Assembly (NCBI GenBank): GCA_034530875.2
Contig: JAVRCJ020000008.1
Coordinates: forward strand, 189,296 to 253,295
Reading direction: 5' to 3'
Source: Nostoc sp. DedSLP01
GTDB lineage: Bacteria > Cyanobacteriota > Cyanobacteriia > Cyanobacteriales > Nostocaceae
DNA length: 64,000 nucleotides
Shown: positions 29,996 to 40,357 of the stretch, one piece after another
How positions within the stretch are numbered: the stretch's first letter is position 1
Layout of the letters: every line of letters starts with the position of its first letter
The notes under the pieces: generated by a model
What the model was told of the DNA's origin: nothing
The model's database searches: none
What the model saw: the letters and a program-made list of their open reading frames with translations, nothing else
Translations under genes and position numbers: made by a program

Positions 29996-30784
29996 ATGAC
30001 CGATGAAAAAAATTTGCGATCGCTATTAGAAGCGGTTGCCAATGGTAAAGTTTCTCCAGATATGGCGTTAGATTCTCTCAAAGACCTAACCTATGAAAGT
30101 GTGGGCGAGTTTGCCAAAATCGACCACCATCGGCAGCTAAGAACTGGTTTTCCAGAAGTGATTTGGGGCCCTGGAAAAACACCGGATCAAATTGCTCAAA
30201 TTATGGAGGTAATGCGCCTGCGTAACCCGGTGGTGATGGCAACTCGTATTGAAAGTGCAGTTTATAGCGCACTCCAAGCAAAAGTTAGAGGTTTGCGATA
30301 TTACGAAATGGCGCGAATTTGTGCGATCGCTCCTCCTACCATCGAACCACAATTTCAGGGACAAATCGGCATTCTTTCTGCTGGTACTGCTGATTTACCT
30401 GTTGCTGAAGAAGCCGCTGTGACTGCTGAACTGTCTGGTTTTCAAGTCAAGCGCCTCTGGGATGTCGGTGTTGCAGGAATTCACCGCTTATTAAGCAATC
30501 GTCATCTCATCGATTCAGCATCGGTGTTAATTGTTGTGGCGGGAATGGAAGGCGCTTTACCTAGCGTCGTTGCTGGTTTAGCAAATTGTCCCGTGATTGC
30601 TGTACCCACCAGCATCGGTTATGGCGCCAGTTTTAGCGGTCTAGCACCTCTATTGACAATGCTTAATTCTTGTGCTGCGGGAGTAGGTGTAGTCAATATC
30701 GATAACGGTTTTGGTGCAGCAGTTTTGGCAGGGCAAATTTTACGCACAGCCGAGAAATTGCGGTTGGCATCCTCTGGATCTTGA
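29996..30784 (+). CDS. larB: LarB/CpmA family (PurE-like) protein
   Basis: RTGFPEVIWGPGK, DVGVAGIHRL, VAGMEGALPS, VNIDNGFGA. Confidence 0.9.
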   Translation: MTDEKNLRSLLEAVANGKVSPDMALDSLKDLTYESVGEFAKIDHHRQLRTGFPEVIWGPGKTPDQIAQIMEVMRLRNPVVMATRIESAVYSALQAKVRGLRYYEMARICAIAPPTIEPQFQGQIGILSAGTADLPVAEEAAVTAELSGFQVKRLWDVGVAGIHRLLSNRHLIDSASVLIVVAGMEGALPSVVAGLANCPVIAVPTSIGYGASFSGLAPLLTMLNSCAAGVGVVNIDNGFGAAVLAGQILRTAEKLRLASSGS

Positions 30785-30820
30785 GTTAAGACATTAAGTC
30801 ATACCCAACATCTCAGTATT

Positions 30821-30928
30821 TACAGCAGAATTTAGGAGTCAGGAGTCAGAATTCTCCAATTCAGAATTTAAATAGGCTCTTTGTCTAGCTTTCAAGTCTA
30901 GGCTTCACTTTCCTTGAAATCTGCTGTA
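30821..30928. mobile_element. MITE-like element with TACAGCAG termini
   Basis: TACAGCAGA...TCTGCTGTA; same ends as the elements at 34270 and 35435. Confidence 0.6.
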
Positions 30929-30995
30929 TCAGTAATTTTTTCCTAAATAAACTGATACTGAAATTTGGCATCTTCAATCTATATAATCACCAAAC

Positions 30996-31202
30996 ATGAG
31001 CTACTACAGCGACTTAATATCTCAGTTATTTTGGCATTTGTCTGTAAATTTGGCGACAGCAGTACCAGCAATTAGTGACCCAGATCTGATGGGTCAAATT
31101 CAAAAATCCTGGAACCATTTTATACAAACAGGTCAAGTCTGGGCATTGTTGATTGGTTTAGTCATTGGTTATATGATTCGGAATCTAACTATCTTTGGTT
31201 AA
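30996..31202 (+). CDS. small membrane hypothetical protein
   Basis: WNHFIQTGQVWALLIGLVIGYMIR. Confidence 0.7.
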   Translation: MSYYSDLISQLFWHLSVNLATAVPAISDPDLMGQIQKSWNHFIQTGQVWALLIGLVIGYMIRNLTIFG

Positions 31203-31209
31203 AACTAGT

Positions 31210-31418
31210 CGGGAGTGGGAAGTAGGGAATGGGGAATGGGGCATAAGAGGTGTGGGAGGTGTGGGAGGATGGGGAAAGCAGGAAGGTGTGGGAGGTGTGG
31301 GAGGTGTGGGAAGATGGGGAAGAAATCTTTCCTCCCACACTCCCCACACTTCCCCATCTTCTCATCTCCCCACACTTCCCATCTCCCTACTCCCTATTCC
31401 CCACTCCCCATTCCCCTC
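31210..31418. repeat. G-rich then C-rich inverted STRR block
   Basis: (ggaggtgtg)n and gggaatg followed by (ccccaca)/(ctcccca). Confidence 0.8.
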
Positions 31419-31425
31419 ATAATCT

Positions 31426-32820
31426 ATGACTAAAGAACAAACTTGGAGTCAGCGGTTTGAATCAGCATTACATCCAGCGATCGCTCGTTTTAATGCCAGT
31501 ATAAATTTTGATATTGAATTAATCGAATATGACTTGACTGGTTCTCAAGCTCATGCAAAAATGCTTGCTCGCGCCGGCATCATTTCAACAGACGAAGGCG
31601 AAAAATTAGTTGCAGGTTTAGAACAAATTCGCCAAGAGTATCGCCAAGGAAAATTTCAGCCTGGTGTCGATGCTGAAGATGTGCATTTTGCAGTTGAACG
31701 ACGACTAACCGAAATTATCGGCGATGTGGGTAAAAAACTGCATACAGCGCGATCGCGTAACGACCAAGTTGGTACTGATACTAGACTTTATCTCCGCGAC
31801 CAAATCCAACAAATTAAAAACCAATTGCGCGAATTTCAAAATATTCTGCTAAATATAGCCGAAAAACACGTTGAAACTTTAATTCCTGGCTATACACACC
31901 TGCAACGCGCCCAACCCTTGAGTTTAGCTCATCATCTGCTGGCATACTTTCAAATGGCGCAACGCGACTGGGAACGCCTCAGTGATGTTTATCGCCGCGT
32001 GAATATTTCACCTTTGGGGTGCGGTGCTTTAGCCGGAACCACTTTCCCCATTGACCGCCACTACACAGCTAAACTATTGAATTTTGACAATATTTATGCT
32101 AATAGCCTCGATGGAGTGAGCGATCGCGATTTTGCGATCGAATTCTTGGGTGCTGCTAGCTTAATTATGGTTCACCTCAGTCGGCTTGCAGAGGAAGTCA
32201 TTATTTGGTCATCTGAAGAATTTCGCTTTGTCACCCTCAAAGATAGCTGTGCCACTGGTTCCAGTATCATGCCCCAAAAGAAAAATCCCGATGTCCCAGA
32301 ATTAGTACGGGGAAAAACAGGGCGTGTATTCGGCCATCTCCAGGCAATGCTGGTGATTATGAAAGGGTTGCCCCTAGCATATAACAAAGACCTGCAAGAA
32401 GATAAAGAAGGTTTATTTGATAGCGTCAACACAGTCAAAGCCTCTTTGGAAGCAATGACAATTTTGCTCGGCGAAGGCTTAGAATTTCGTACCCAGCGCT
32501 TGGCCCAAGCAGTCACAGAAGACTTTTCCAATGCTACCGATGTCGCAGATTATCTAGCAGCAAGGGGCGTTCCTTTCCGAGAAGCTTACAATCTCGTTGG
32601 TAAAGTCGTAAAAACGAGTATTGCCGCAGGTAAACTCCTGAAAGATTTGACATTGGACGAATGGCAACAATTACATCCAGCATTCGCCGCAGATATTTAT
32701 GAAGCCATATCTCCCCGTCAAGTCGTCGCTGCCCGCAACAGTTACGGTGGTACCGGCTTTGCACAGGTACGCGAAGCACTCATCGCCGCCCGCGCTCAAG
32801 TTGGGGAAGAGAGGGAGTAG
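31426..32820 (+). CDS. argH: argininosuccinate lyase
   Basis: [32 protein letters not shown]. Confidence 0.98.
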   Translation: MTKEQTWSQRFESALHPAIARFNASINFDIELIEYDLTGSQAHAKMLARAGIISTDEGEKLVAGLEQIRQEYRQGKFQPGVDAEDVHFAVERRLTEIIGDVGKKLHTARSRNDQVGTDTRLYLRDQIQQIKNQLREFQNILLNIAEKHVETLIPGYTHLQRAQPLSLAHHLLAYFQMAQRDWERLSDVYRRVNISPLGCGALAGTTFPIDRHYTAKLLNFDNIYANSLDGVSDRDFAIEFLGAASLIMVHLSRLAEEVIIWSSEEFRFVTLKDSCATGSSIMPQKKNPDVPELVRGKTGRVFGHLQAMLVIMKGLPLAYNKDLQEDKEGLFDSVNTVKASLEAMTILLGEGLEFRTQRLAQAVTEDFSNATDVADYLAARGVPFREAYNLVGKVVKTSIAAGKLLKDLTLDEWQQLHPAFAADIYEAISPRQVVAARNSYGGTGFAQVREALIAARAQVGEERE

Positions 32821-33012
32821 GGAGTGGGGAGTGGGGAGGTGGGGAGATGGGGTGATGGGGAGAGTTGTTGTACAAGTTCTTTCTCCTCTGCCCAATGCCC
32901 AATGCCCAATGCCCAATGTCCAATGCCCAATGACCCAAAATAATTGAGGGCGTACAAAGTGTACGCCCCCGTATTTAAAAAGACTTAAAAAGCAAGTATT
33001 GTAACAGGTAGC

Positions 33013-33177
33013 TTACTCAGCATCAATTGCTGCTGCGCCCTCATCTTCCTCACTCTTCGGTGGTCTTTGTTGGAACCTTCTCTGCATTCTTCCTGTCGTA
33101 GTCCGTTTACGAAACTTCCGGGCATACGCCTGGTTCCGTAGCGCCTTTTCTTTTTTCGGGTTACGGCGCTTAGCCAT
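33013..33177 (-). CDS. small basic hypothetical protein (54 aa)
   Basis: MAKRRNPKKEKALRNQAYARKFRKR...; GAGGTG RBS. Confidence 0.75.
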   Translation of the reverse strand: MAKRRNPKKEKALRNQAYARKFRKRTTTGRMQRRFQQRPPKSEEDEGAAAIDAE

Positions 33178-33771
33178 GTTCACCTCATCAATAAACAACA
33201 AAAAAATCGCAACTAGGCATAACGTAGGCAATATCAGCTACCAATCTTATTGATATACTTGTAGCCTAGTGACCAATCAATATGCTTTAAACAGTGTTCT
33301 AGTCTACCGCATTCAATCTGGTTATGTCAATAACTATCTACAATTATCTGATTGGCAGCTAGATGAAAAATATTATTTTTAAAATTCAAATATTTGCAGT
33401 AGATGTAACTTAGGCGATTAGTTGTTATTCTTAGAAAAAACTCATATTATTTATTGAGTAAAAATTTTATTTAGGTTTAATTAGACGATGTAGTAATTCT
33501 AAATTATTGGTCATTTGTCATTAGCTATTAGCGCTTAATCGTTATTGAATAAAGAAAAAACAAATCAGCGATCGCAAGTATTATGTATATATAAATACAG
33601 TGCTTCTCTGGAAACTTGATGTTAGAATTGGAAATGTTCTACGTAAATCGTTAGAATAAATTCTCAACCCATAAACATTTTTGTATAAAATAAAACTCAA
33701 CATAATTTTTATTAGTTGAGCTGATGTTAAATGGTAGAGAAATATAGAATACAATACATAAATTTTGAAGA

Positions 33772-34266
33772 TTGAACCTTATTGATTTATTTCCGGCAGC
33801 TGTCGAGTCCACACGTGGCTTATGGCGTATTGGACAAACAGTATTGGGTATTATATTTCGTCACCCGATTACTGGCACTAGTATCATTCCAATTTTACCT
33901 GACGGTCGGATCGTACTGATCCGGCGTCGTGACAATGGTCTTTGGTCATTGCCCGGGGGTATTGTGGATTGGGGAGAAGATATTCCCAACACAGTCCGTC
34001 GAGAATTGATGGAGGAAACCGGACTCGAATTAGTAAAAATTAACCGTTTAGTAGGAGTTTACTCTTCACCAGACCGAGATCCGAGAATTCATTCAATTTG
34101 TATTGTGGTTGAAGCTGAAGTGCGTGGGACAATGCAAGTTCAAGATACTTTGGAAGTGATGGAAATTCAAGCTTTTTCTCCTAATTTCCTACCTCCAGGA
34201 CAGATGTCTCACGACCATACTCGACAGTTGCAAGATTACTTGAGTGGCTTGACAACATTGGCATAA
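33772..34266 (+). CDS. NUDIX hydrolase
   Basis: PGGIVDWGEDIPNTVRRELMEETGL. Confidence 0.92.
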   Translation: MNLIDLFPAAVESTRGLWRIGQTVLGIIFRHPITGTSIIPILPDGRIVLIRRRDNGLWSLPGGIVDWGEDIPNTVRRELMEETGLELVKINRLVGVYSSPDRDPRIHSICIVVEAEVRGTMQVQDTLEVMEIQAFSPNFLPPGQMSHDHTRQLQDYLSGLTTLA

Positions 34267-34269
34267 TAA

Positions 34270-34419
34270 TACAGAAGTTTTCATTTACATGAGGTACAAA
34301 GTTATGGGTTTTGAGGCAGGAGGCAGGAGGCAGGAGGCAGAAGGAAGGAGTTAGAAAGAAACTCTTTATGTTTGATGAATCACTCCTGGTTGTACCTCAC
34401 TTACTTGCAATCTGCTGTA
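34270..34419. mobile_element. MITE-like element, copy 1 (carries an internal STRR tract)
   Basis: TACAGAAG...CTGCTGTA; near-identical to 35435..35711. Confidence 0.8.
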
Positions 34420-34525
34420 TTTTGTTATTAGTCATTGGTCATTGGTCATTAGTCATCTGTAAAAAATAATGACTAATGACCAATGACTATTTATTATGGT
34501 GCTCAAGGTTAACTACTAAATAAAA

Positions 34526-35350
34526 ATGGATAGACTATTCCGTAACTCCCGGAGAAAGCTTTCTCAAGGGCAATTATTTTGGCGCGAAGCAGGTGCAGAA
34601 ATTCCTGTAATTTTTTTACATGGTGCTTGGAATGATAGCAGCCAATGGTTATCTGTGATGGAATCGCTTTCAGAAGATTTTCATTGCTTTGCGCCCGATT
34701 TGTTGGGCTTTGGGGAGTCGGAGAATCCTAATATTCATCACTCGATTGATTTACAAGTCGAGTGTTTGGCTGAGTTTTTGCAAGCTGTCAAGCTAGAAAA
34801 AGTTTATTTGGTGGGGCATTCTCTTGGGGCTTGGATTGCTGCTAGCTATGCCTTAAAGTATCCAGAGAATGTTAATAGTATGGTACTGCTAGCACCTGAG
34901 GGTGTAGAGATAGCAGGACAAGCAGAGTATTGCCGGAGGATGCGGCGATTGTTGAGCTATCCGCCTTTAGCGATCAAATTGTTGCGATCGCTAATTCCGT
35001 TAACTAAAATCCTGGGTTGGTATGAAAAAATCACACAGGATTTGCAATTACGCCAAGAATTATTGCGTTACCCCATAGCTTGCCAATTACTTTTTAAACG
35101 TCGGCAAGCAGAATTTGAAGCAGAATTACTACAAAAACGGCTTTACATGCTCGAAGTTCCGGTTTTGATTTTACAAGGCGCTCAAGATACGCCAGAGACT
35201 CTAGCCAAAAGTCAAGTTTACACTCAACTAACTCCAAAAGTTGAGTTGAAAATGATTGCCGATGCCGGAAATAATTTACCAGAATCTTGTGCTGGAGATG
35301 TGGCAATGTATATTCGAGAGTTTATTACAAGGAATTGGGCATTATTTTAA
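34526..35350 (+). CDS. alpha/beta hydrolase
   Basis: FLHG, PDLLGFGES, GHSLG. Confidence 0.9.
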   Translation: MDRLFRNSRRKLSQGQLFWREAGAEIPVIFLHGAWNDSSQWLSVMESLSEDFHCFAPDLLGFGESENPNIHHSIDLQVECLAEFLQAVKLEKVYLVGHSLGAWIAASYALKYPENVNSMVLLAPEGVEIAGQAEYCRRMRRLLSYPPLAIKLLRSLIPLTKILGWYEKITQDLQLRQELLRYPIACQLLFKRRQAEFEAELLQKRLYMLEVPVLILQGAQDTPETLAKSQVYTQLTPKVELKMIADAGNNLPESCAGDVAMYIREFITRNWALF

Positions 35351-35434
35351 CTTACTCTTTATCGGTCTTAAGTGCGGTTGCAATTAAGCTGCAATAGCAA
35401 GAGTTTTGTGATGCCAATTAAGCTGTCGCACATT

Positions 35435-35711
35435 TACAGCAGTTTTCATTTACATGAGGTACAAAGTTATGGGTTTTAAGGCAGGAGTTAGAGGATGTCT
35501 GAAAACTTTTTGCTGTTGTATTCGAGACTTGTAGATCCCCCTAAATCCCCCTTAAAAAGGGGGACTTTGAGTCCGGTTCCCCCCTTTTTAAGGGGGGCTA
35601 GGGGGGATCAAGCGAAATATCTCATACTTCTCAGACATCCTCTTAGAAAGAAACTCTTTATGTTTGACTAATCAATCCTGCTTGTACCTCACTTAGTTGC
35701 AATCTGCTGTA
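35435..35711. mobile_element. MITE-like element, copy 2, with a nested MITE (35491..35642, TTA target duplication)
   Basis: TTA-GAGGATGTCTGA...TCAGACATCCTC-TTA; the empty site is visible in copy 1. Confidence 0.85.
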
Positions 35712-35828
35712 AGTTGCACTTTTTTTCGTGTTGGCTGGAAACTGTTAACGCTTGAGAGTTAACCGTCAGCGGTCAACGAACAAAATTGTAGGTTGCTTAA
35801 GGCAGCGTAACCCAACATCTATTAGTAA

Positions 35829-36578
35829 TCAGTAACATCTAGGAAGCATTCTATCGCGTACTAGACATACTTCTCCTGTATCCAAATCGTACCATCCCCC
35901 ACGAATTTTAAGTTTACCTTTCTCTACTAGGTCAGCCAGAACTTTCGACTCTTTTTGTAGCTTTTCAACTTGATATCTGACATTTTCTTCAACTGCTCGA
36001 TCGACTAGAGCGATCGAATTTAGATCGCTCAAATAGGTATTGTTCTTTATCGCTGGTTCGATCGCTTTAGTCAAAGTGCTAATTTGACCGGGGAGTGACC
36101 CGCCTGCCAAGGCTGCTTTAACTGCGCCACATCTTTCATGACCAAGCACCATAATTAGGGGAACATCCAATTTGACGGCGGCATATTCAAGGCTACCGAT
36201 TGCCTCAGGAGTGGCGATATTCCCAGCGATGCGAACGTCAAATATATCTCCAATTCCCTGGTCAAAGATAATTTCTGCTGGTACGCGCGAATCGGCACAA
36301 CTCAGCACGGCGGCAAACGGCTGCTGGTGTTCTGCAACTTCTTTCAAACGGGAGAGCGAGCGATTGGGGTTCTGAAACTTTTGCTCCATAAATCGTGCAT
36401 TCCCCAGCATCAATCTTTTCAATGGAGAAGCAGACTCAACAGGCTTATCTGCTTGTGCAACCGCAGCTTGTGCTGGCTGAGCATTCCAAAATACGCTACT
36501 CGTGCAAGTAGCAGCAATACTAACTCCGGCTAACTTTAAAACTTGCCGCCGACTCCTAACTTCATTCATCGGGTTCAT
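35829..36578 (-). CDS. beta-class carbonic anhydrase with Tat signal peptide
   Basis: SRRQVLK signal; CADSR and GHERCGAV zinc ligands. Confidence 0.93.
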   Translation of the reverse strand: MNPMNEVRSRRQVLKLAGVSIAATCTSSVFWNAQPAQAAVAQADKPVESASPLKRLMLGNARFMEQKFQNPNRSLSRLKEVAEHQQPFAAVLSCADSRVPAEIIFDQGIGDIFDVRIAGNIATPEAIGSLEYAAVKLDVPLIMVLGHERCGAVKAALAGGSLPGQISTLTKAIEPAIKNNTYLSDLNSIALVDRAVEENVRYQVEKLQKESKVLADLVEKGKLKIRGGWYDLDTGEVCLVRDRMLPRCY

Positions 36579-36890
36579 AACACTTTTCTCTTCTTATATC
36601 AAAATTCAAAAGCAAATTTTAAACTTCAAACAATAATTGGGTTTGAAGAATGTTTATTTTTAATATTATGCTTGGAATTAATCGTATTTTTTCAAAAGCT
36701 TTAATATAAAAACGATTATTTTTCTCTAAGCAGATTGATTAAGAATTGATTAAAAAAGCTATTTAAGCTTAGCAATTTGTGAAAAATATTTACAAATACA
36801 TTGGTATAATTCACAATTTGTAATTGCGAACTTGGTGACAATTAGACGGATGATAAAGTCAGCAAAAAAATTCAGCAAGGATATTTTATT

Positions 36891-37548
36891 GTGAAATATC
36901 ATCTGCAAAAATACTATAAAGTATTAGTGCTTTTTCTTTGTACGATAATATTTGTCTTGTTCGGTCAGATAGTTATTGCTCAGAGTAACTATATAATAGC
37001 CACTCAAGGGAAGCAAAAAGTAGAACTGATTGTGGGTGGCGATTTTATCGTTACCATGAACGAGGCACAACCGATAGTTGAGAATGGTGCGATCGCCATT
37101 CAAAACGGCAAAATTCTTGCAGTAGGCACTCAATATCAAATCATGAAATCATACAGAGCCGACAGGACGCTCCCAGGCGATGGTCTGGTGCTAATGCCGG
37201 GTCTGGTTAACGGTCACTCTCACTCGGCAATGGTGCTGTTTCGCGGTCTTGCGGATGACTTAGCGTTGCAGGATTGGCTTGAGAATTACATTTTCCCAGC
37301 AGAAGGGAAGTTCGCAAGCAGATGTAATTCAAGTCAAGCTTAAAGAGCCACATTTGCTGCCACTTTATGATGTTGTTTCCCATCTTGTTTATGCAGCAGA
37401 CGCTCAAGATGTTGATACTGCGATCGTAAATGGGCGAGTTCTCATGGAAAATCGTAGGATGCTTACGGTTGATACTCAAAGGATTCGTAGTGAAGCTACT
37501 TCCATTGCCCAGAGAATCAAAGCTCAATTCCGACCTTCTAATTCGTAA
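36891..37548 (+). pseudogene. amidohydrolase (MTA/SAH deaminase-like) with large internal deletion and frameshift
   Basis: MPGLVNGHSH...WLENYIFPAE in one frame joins ADVI...SHLVYAA...VDTAIVNG in another at about 37314. Confidence 0.85.
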
Positions 37549-37574
37549 ATAATTTTAGCTGCTCTGGCTCTGGC

Positions 37575-38426
37575 TTAGAGCAGTTTTACTATTTCTCGCA
37601 TTCCCCAAAAAATTAAATTTGGTTCGACAATTATATGTGTTGCAATTTCTGGATATAAGACTTGGAGATAGTTAGCTAATAAAGTGCGATCGCCACCTTT
37701 AATTGCAATGTTTCCCTCAGGAAATAAATTCCACCACGCCTGAATAAAATCTTTAATTCCAGCTATAAAAGTGTAAATCACACCGCTTTGAATTGCCTCT
37801 GGTGTATTCAGTGCAAAACGTGATGGTAATGCAATATCTGTGATTTCTACTAATGGTAATTGTCCTGTTTGTTGACCGAGAGTCGCAAATTGCAAACCTA
37901 ATCCTGGTAGAATTGCGCCTCCAACCAAACACTGATTAGCATCCCCAGCCGTAAAAGTTAGAGTTGTTCCTGCATCAATTACTAACATTGGAAAACCCCA
38001 AGTTTTTCCTGCGCCCCACAAAGCTAAAGCGCGGTCAATTCCTAATGTAGGATACACATCTTTTAGCGGTACCCGGTCTAAAGTAATTACTCTAACGTTG
38101 GGATAAGTCTTCCAAATAGCAGTTTGGCTGGGAACTACAGAGGACAGAAGGAGGGGCAGGGGGGCAGGAGGGCAGGGGGGCAGGGGGGCAGAGGGGCAGA
38201 GGAGAAGTTGTAGTAAGTCTTTGCTTTCAGCTAACTCAGAGATAACAGACTCAGGCAAATAGTCAGTATTCCAAGCGCACTCGAGGATTTTGCCTCTAAA
38301 TAGCGCCCAGTGCAAGCGAGTATTGCCAATCTCCAAAGCTAGCCAAATATTGTCTGTCTCCAGTTGCTTGAAGTCCGGGAATCCGCCTGAGACATTGGCT
38401 TGTGCATCCCTCTGTGGTTCGATCAT
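37575..38426 (-). CDS. coaX: type III pantothenate kinase
   Basis: [29 protein letters not shown]. Confidence 0.92.
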   Translation of the reverse strand: MIEPQRDAQANVSGGFPDFKQLETDNIWLALEIGNTRLHWALFRGKILECAWNTDYLPESVISELAESKDLLQLLLCPSAPLPPCPPAPLPLLLSSVVPSQTAIWKTYPNVRVITLDRVPLKDVYPTLGIDRALALWGAGKTWGFPMLVIDAGTTLTFTAGDANQCLVGGAILPGLGLQFATLGQQTGQLPLVEITDIALPSRFALNTPEAIQSGVIYTFIAGIKDFIQAWWNLFPEGNIAIKGGDRTLLANYLQVLYPEIATHIIVEPNLIFWGMREIVKLL

Positions 38427-38533
38427 TGGATTCTTTTTAACATTAAGATAAATTTTTTAATAAAAGTTTACATAAAACACGTGGCAAAATAAGACAAGAG
38501 GAATAAATACTCAATTTATCAAGGAGGGGGGTT

Positions 38534-40258
38534 ATGGTAGCGCTCACCGAAAAAACTGAAAAACGGCTAACCATACAGACTGTGGAAATCGCTCAAGAGA
38601 CAACGGCAATTCGATCGCTCGATTGGGATCGCGATCGCTTCGATATTGAGTTCGGTCTCCAAAACGGTACTACTTATAACTCGTTTCTCATCAGGGGAGA
38701 AAAGATCGCCTTAGTCGATACTTCCCACGAAAAGTTTCGTCAACTATATTTTGATACGCTTACCGGACTAATTAACCCCAAAGAAATAGATTATTTGATT
38801 GTCAGCCACACCGAGCCAGACCACAGCGGTTTAGTGAAAGATTTGCTGCAAATGGCTCCCGATATTACTGTTGTCGCTTCTAAAGTAGCAATTCAGTTTC
38901 TAGAGAATTTGGTACATCAGCCATTTAAACGCCAGATTGTGAAAAATGGCGATCGCTTAGATTTAGGTAACGGTCATGAATTTGAATTTGTAATCGCACC
39001 AAATTTACATTGGCCGGATACCATTTTTAGCTTTGACCATAAAACCCAAATTCTCTTTACCTGCGATGCTTTCGGGATGCATTATTGTTCCGATAGCACC
39101 TTCGATAAAGACTTAAAAACTATTGAAGCAGACTTCAAATATTATTATGAATGCCTGATGGGGCCAAATGCGCGGTCGGTGCTGTCTGCACTCAAGCGGA
39201 TGGAAGAATTAAAAAGCATTGCGATGATTGCTACCGGTCACGGGCCGTTATTATCTCACCATGTAGAGGAACTAGTTGGACGTTACCGCACTTGGAGCAA
39301 AACCCAAACCAAGGCAGAAACAACCATCGGCATATTTTACGTTTCCGAATATGGCTATAGCGATCGCCTCGCTCAAGCAATTGCCAACGGTATCGGTAAA
39401 ACCAATGTGACTGTAGAAATTGTAGATTTAGGATCGGAAATCGATTTACAAGAATTGCGGGAACTAGTTGGCCGCTGTGCTGGATTGGTTGTCGGTTTAC
39501 CTCCAGCTTCTGGCGCTGCTAACATCCAAGCTGCACTCAGCACAATTTTAGGATCGACTAAAGAAAAGCAAGCCATCGGCATATTTGAAACCGGCGGCGG
39601 CGATGACGAACCGATAGATCCTTTGCTGAGTAAATTCCGCAATTTGGGTTTGACAACAGTTTTCCCAGCCATTCGGATTAAAGAAACACCCACAGACAAC
39701 ATCTACAAGCTGTGTGAAGAAGCGGGTACAGACTTGGGTCAATGGGTAACGCGCGATCGCAGCATCAAAGCTATGAAATCCCTTGGTGCAGACTTAGATA
39801 AAGCACTAGGCAGACTCAGCGGCGGATTGTACATCATTACTGCCAAAAAAGGCGATGTTTCCAGCGCGATGTTAGCTTCATGGGTTGCTCAAGCCAGCTT
39901 CAAACCCTTAGGATTCTCCATTGCAGTCGCCAAAGACCGGGCAATTGAATCATTGATGCAAGTAGGCGATCGCTTTGTCCTCAACGTCTTAGAAGAAGGC
40001 AGTTTCCAACCATTGATGAAGCACTTTTTGAAACGGTTCGCCCCTGGTGCCGATCGCTTTGAAGGAGTGAAAACCCAGCCAGCGGAAAATGGTGCCCCCA
40101 TCCTCACCGACGCCCTCGCTTATATGGAATGCGAAGTCGTCAGCCGTATGGACTGTGGCGACCACTGGGCAGTATATAGCACCGTTTACGCCGGACGAGT
40201 TTCTCAGCCAGATGCCCTGACTGCGGTGCATCATCGCAAAGTTGGAAACCACTATTAA
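38534..40258 (+). CDS. flv3: flavodiiron protein, Flv3 type (probably Flv3A)
   Basis: HTEPDH iron ligands; flavodoxin and flavin reductase domains. Confidence 0.9.
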   Translation: MVALTEKTEKRLTIQTVEIAQETTAIRSLDWDRDRFDIEFGLQNGTTYNSFLIRGEKIALVDTSHEKFRQLYFDTLTGLINPKEIDYLIVSHTEPDHSGLVKDLLQMAPDITVVASKVAIQFLENLVHQPFKRQIVKNGDRLDLGNGHEFEFVIAPNLHWPDTIFSFDHKTQILFTCDAFGMHYCSDSTFDKDLKTIEADFKYYYECLMGPNARSVLSALKRMEELKSIAMIATGHGPLLSHHVEELVGRYRTWSKTQTKAETTIGIFYVSEYGYSDRLAQAIANGIGKTNVTVEIVDLGSEIDLQELRELVGRCAGLVVGLPPASGAANIQAALSTILGSTKEKQAIGIFETGGGDDEPIDPLLSKFRNLGLTTVFPAIRIKETPTDNIYKLCEEAGTDLGQWVTRDRSIKAMKSLGADLDKALGRLSGGLYIITAKKGDVSSAMLASWVAQASFKPLGFSIAVAKDRAIESLMQVGDRFVLNVLEEGSFQPLMKHFLKRFAPGADRFEGVKTQPAENGAPILTDALAYMECEVVSRMDCGDHWAVYSTVYAGRVSQPDALTAVHHRKVGNHY

Positions 40259-40357
40259 TAAAGGGAGTGGGGAATAGGGAGTAGGGAGTCGTAATTTTTA
40301 TTCCCTGCTTTTCTTATTCCCCATTCCCCATTCCCCATTCCCTACTCCCTATTCCCT

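Noticed and set aside
31195..31433. ORFs over G-rich repeats (also 2259..2509, 17422..17721, 32671..32947)
   Set aside because: Low-complexity STRR translations.
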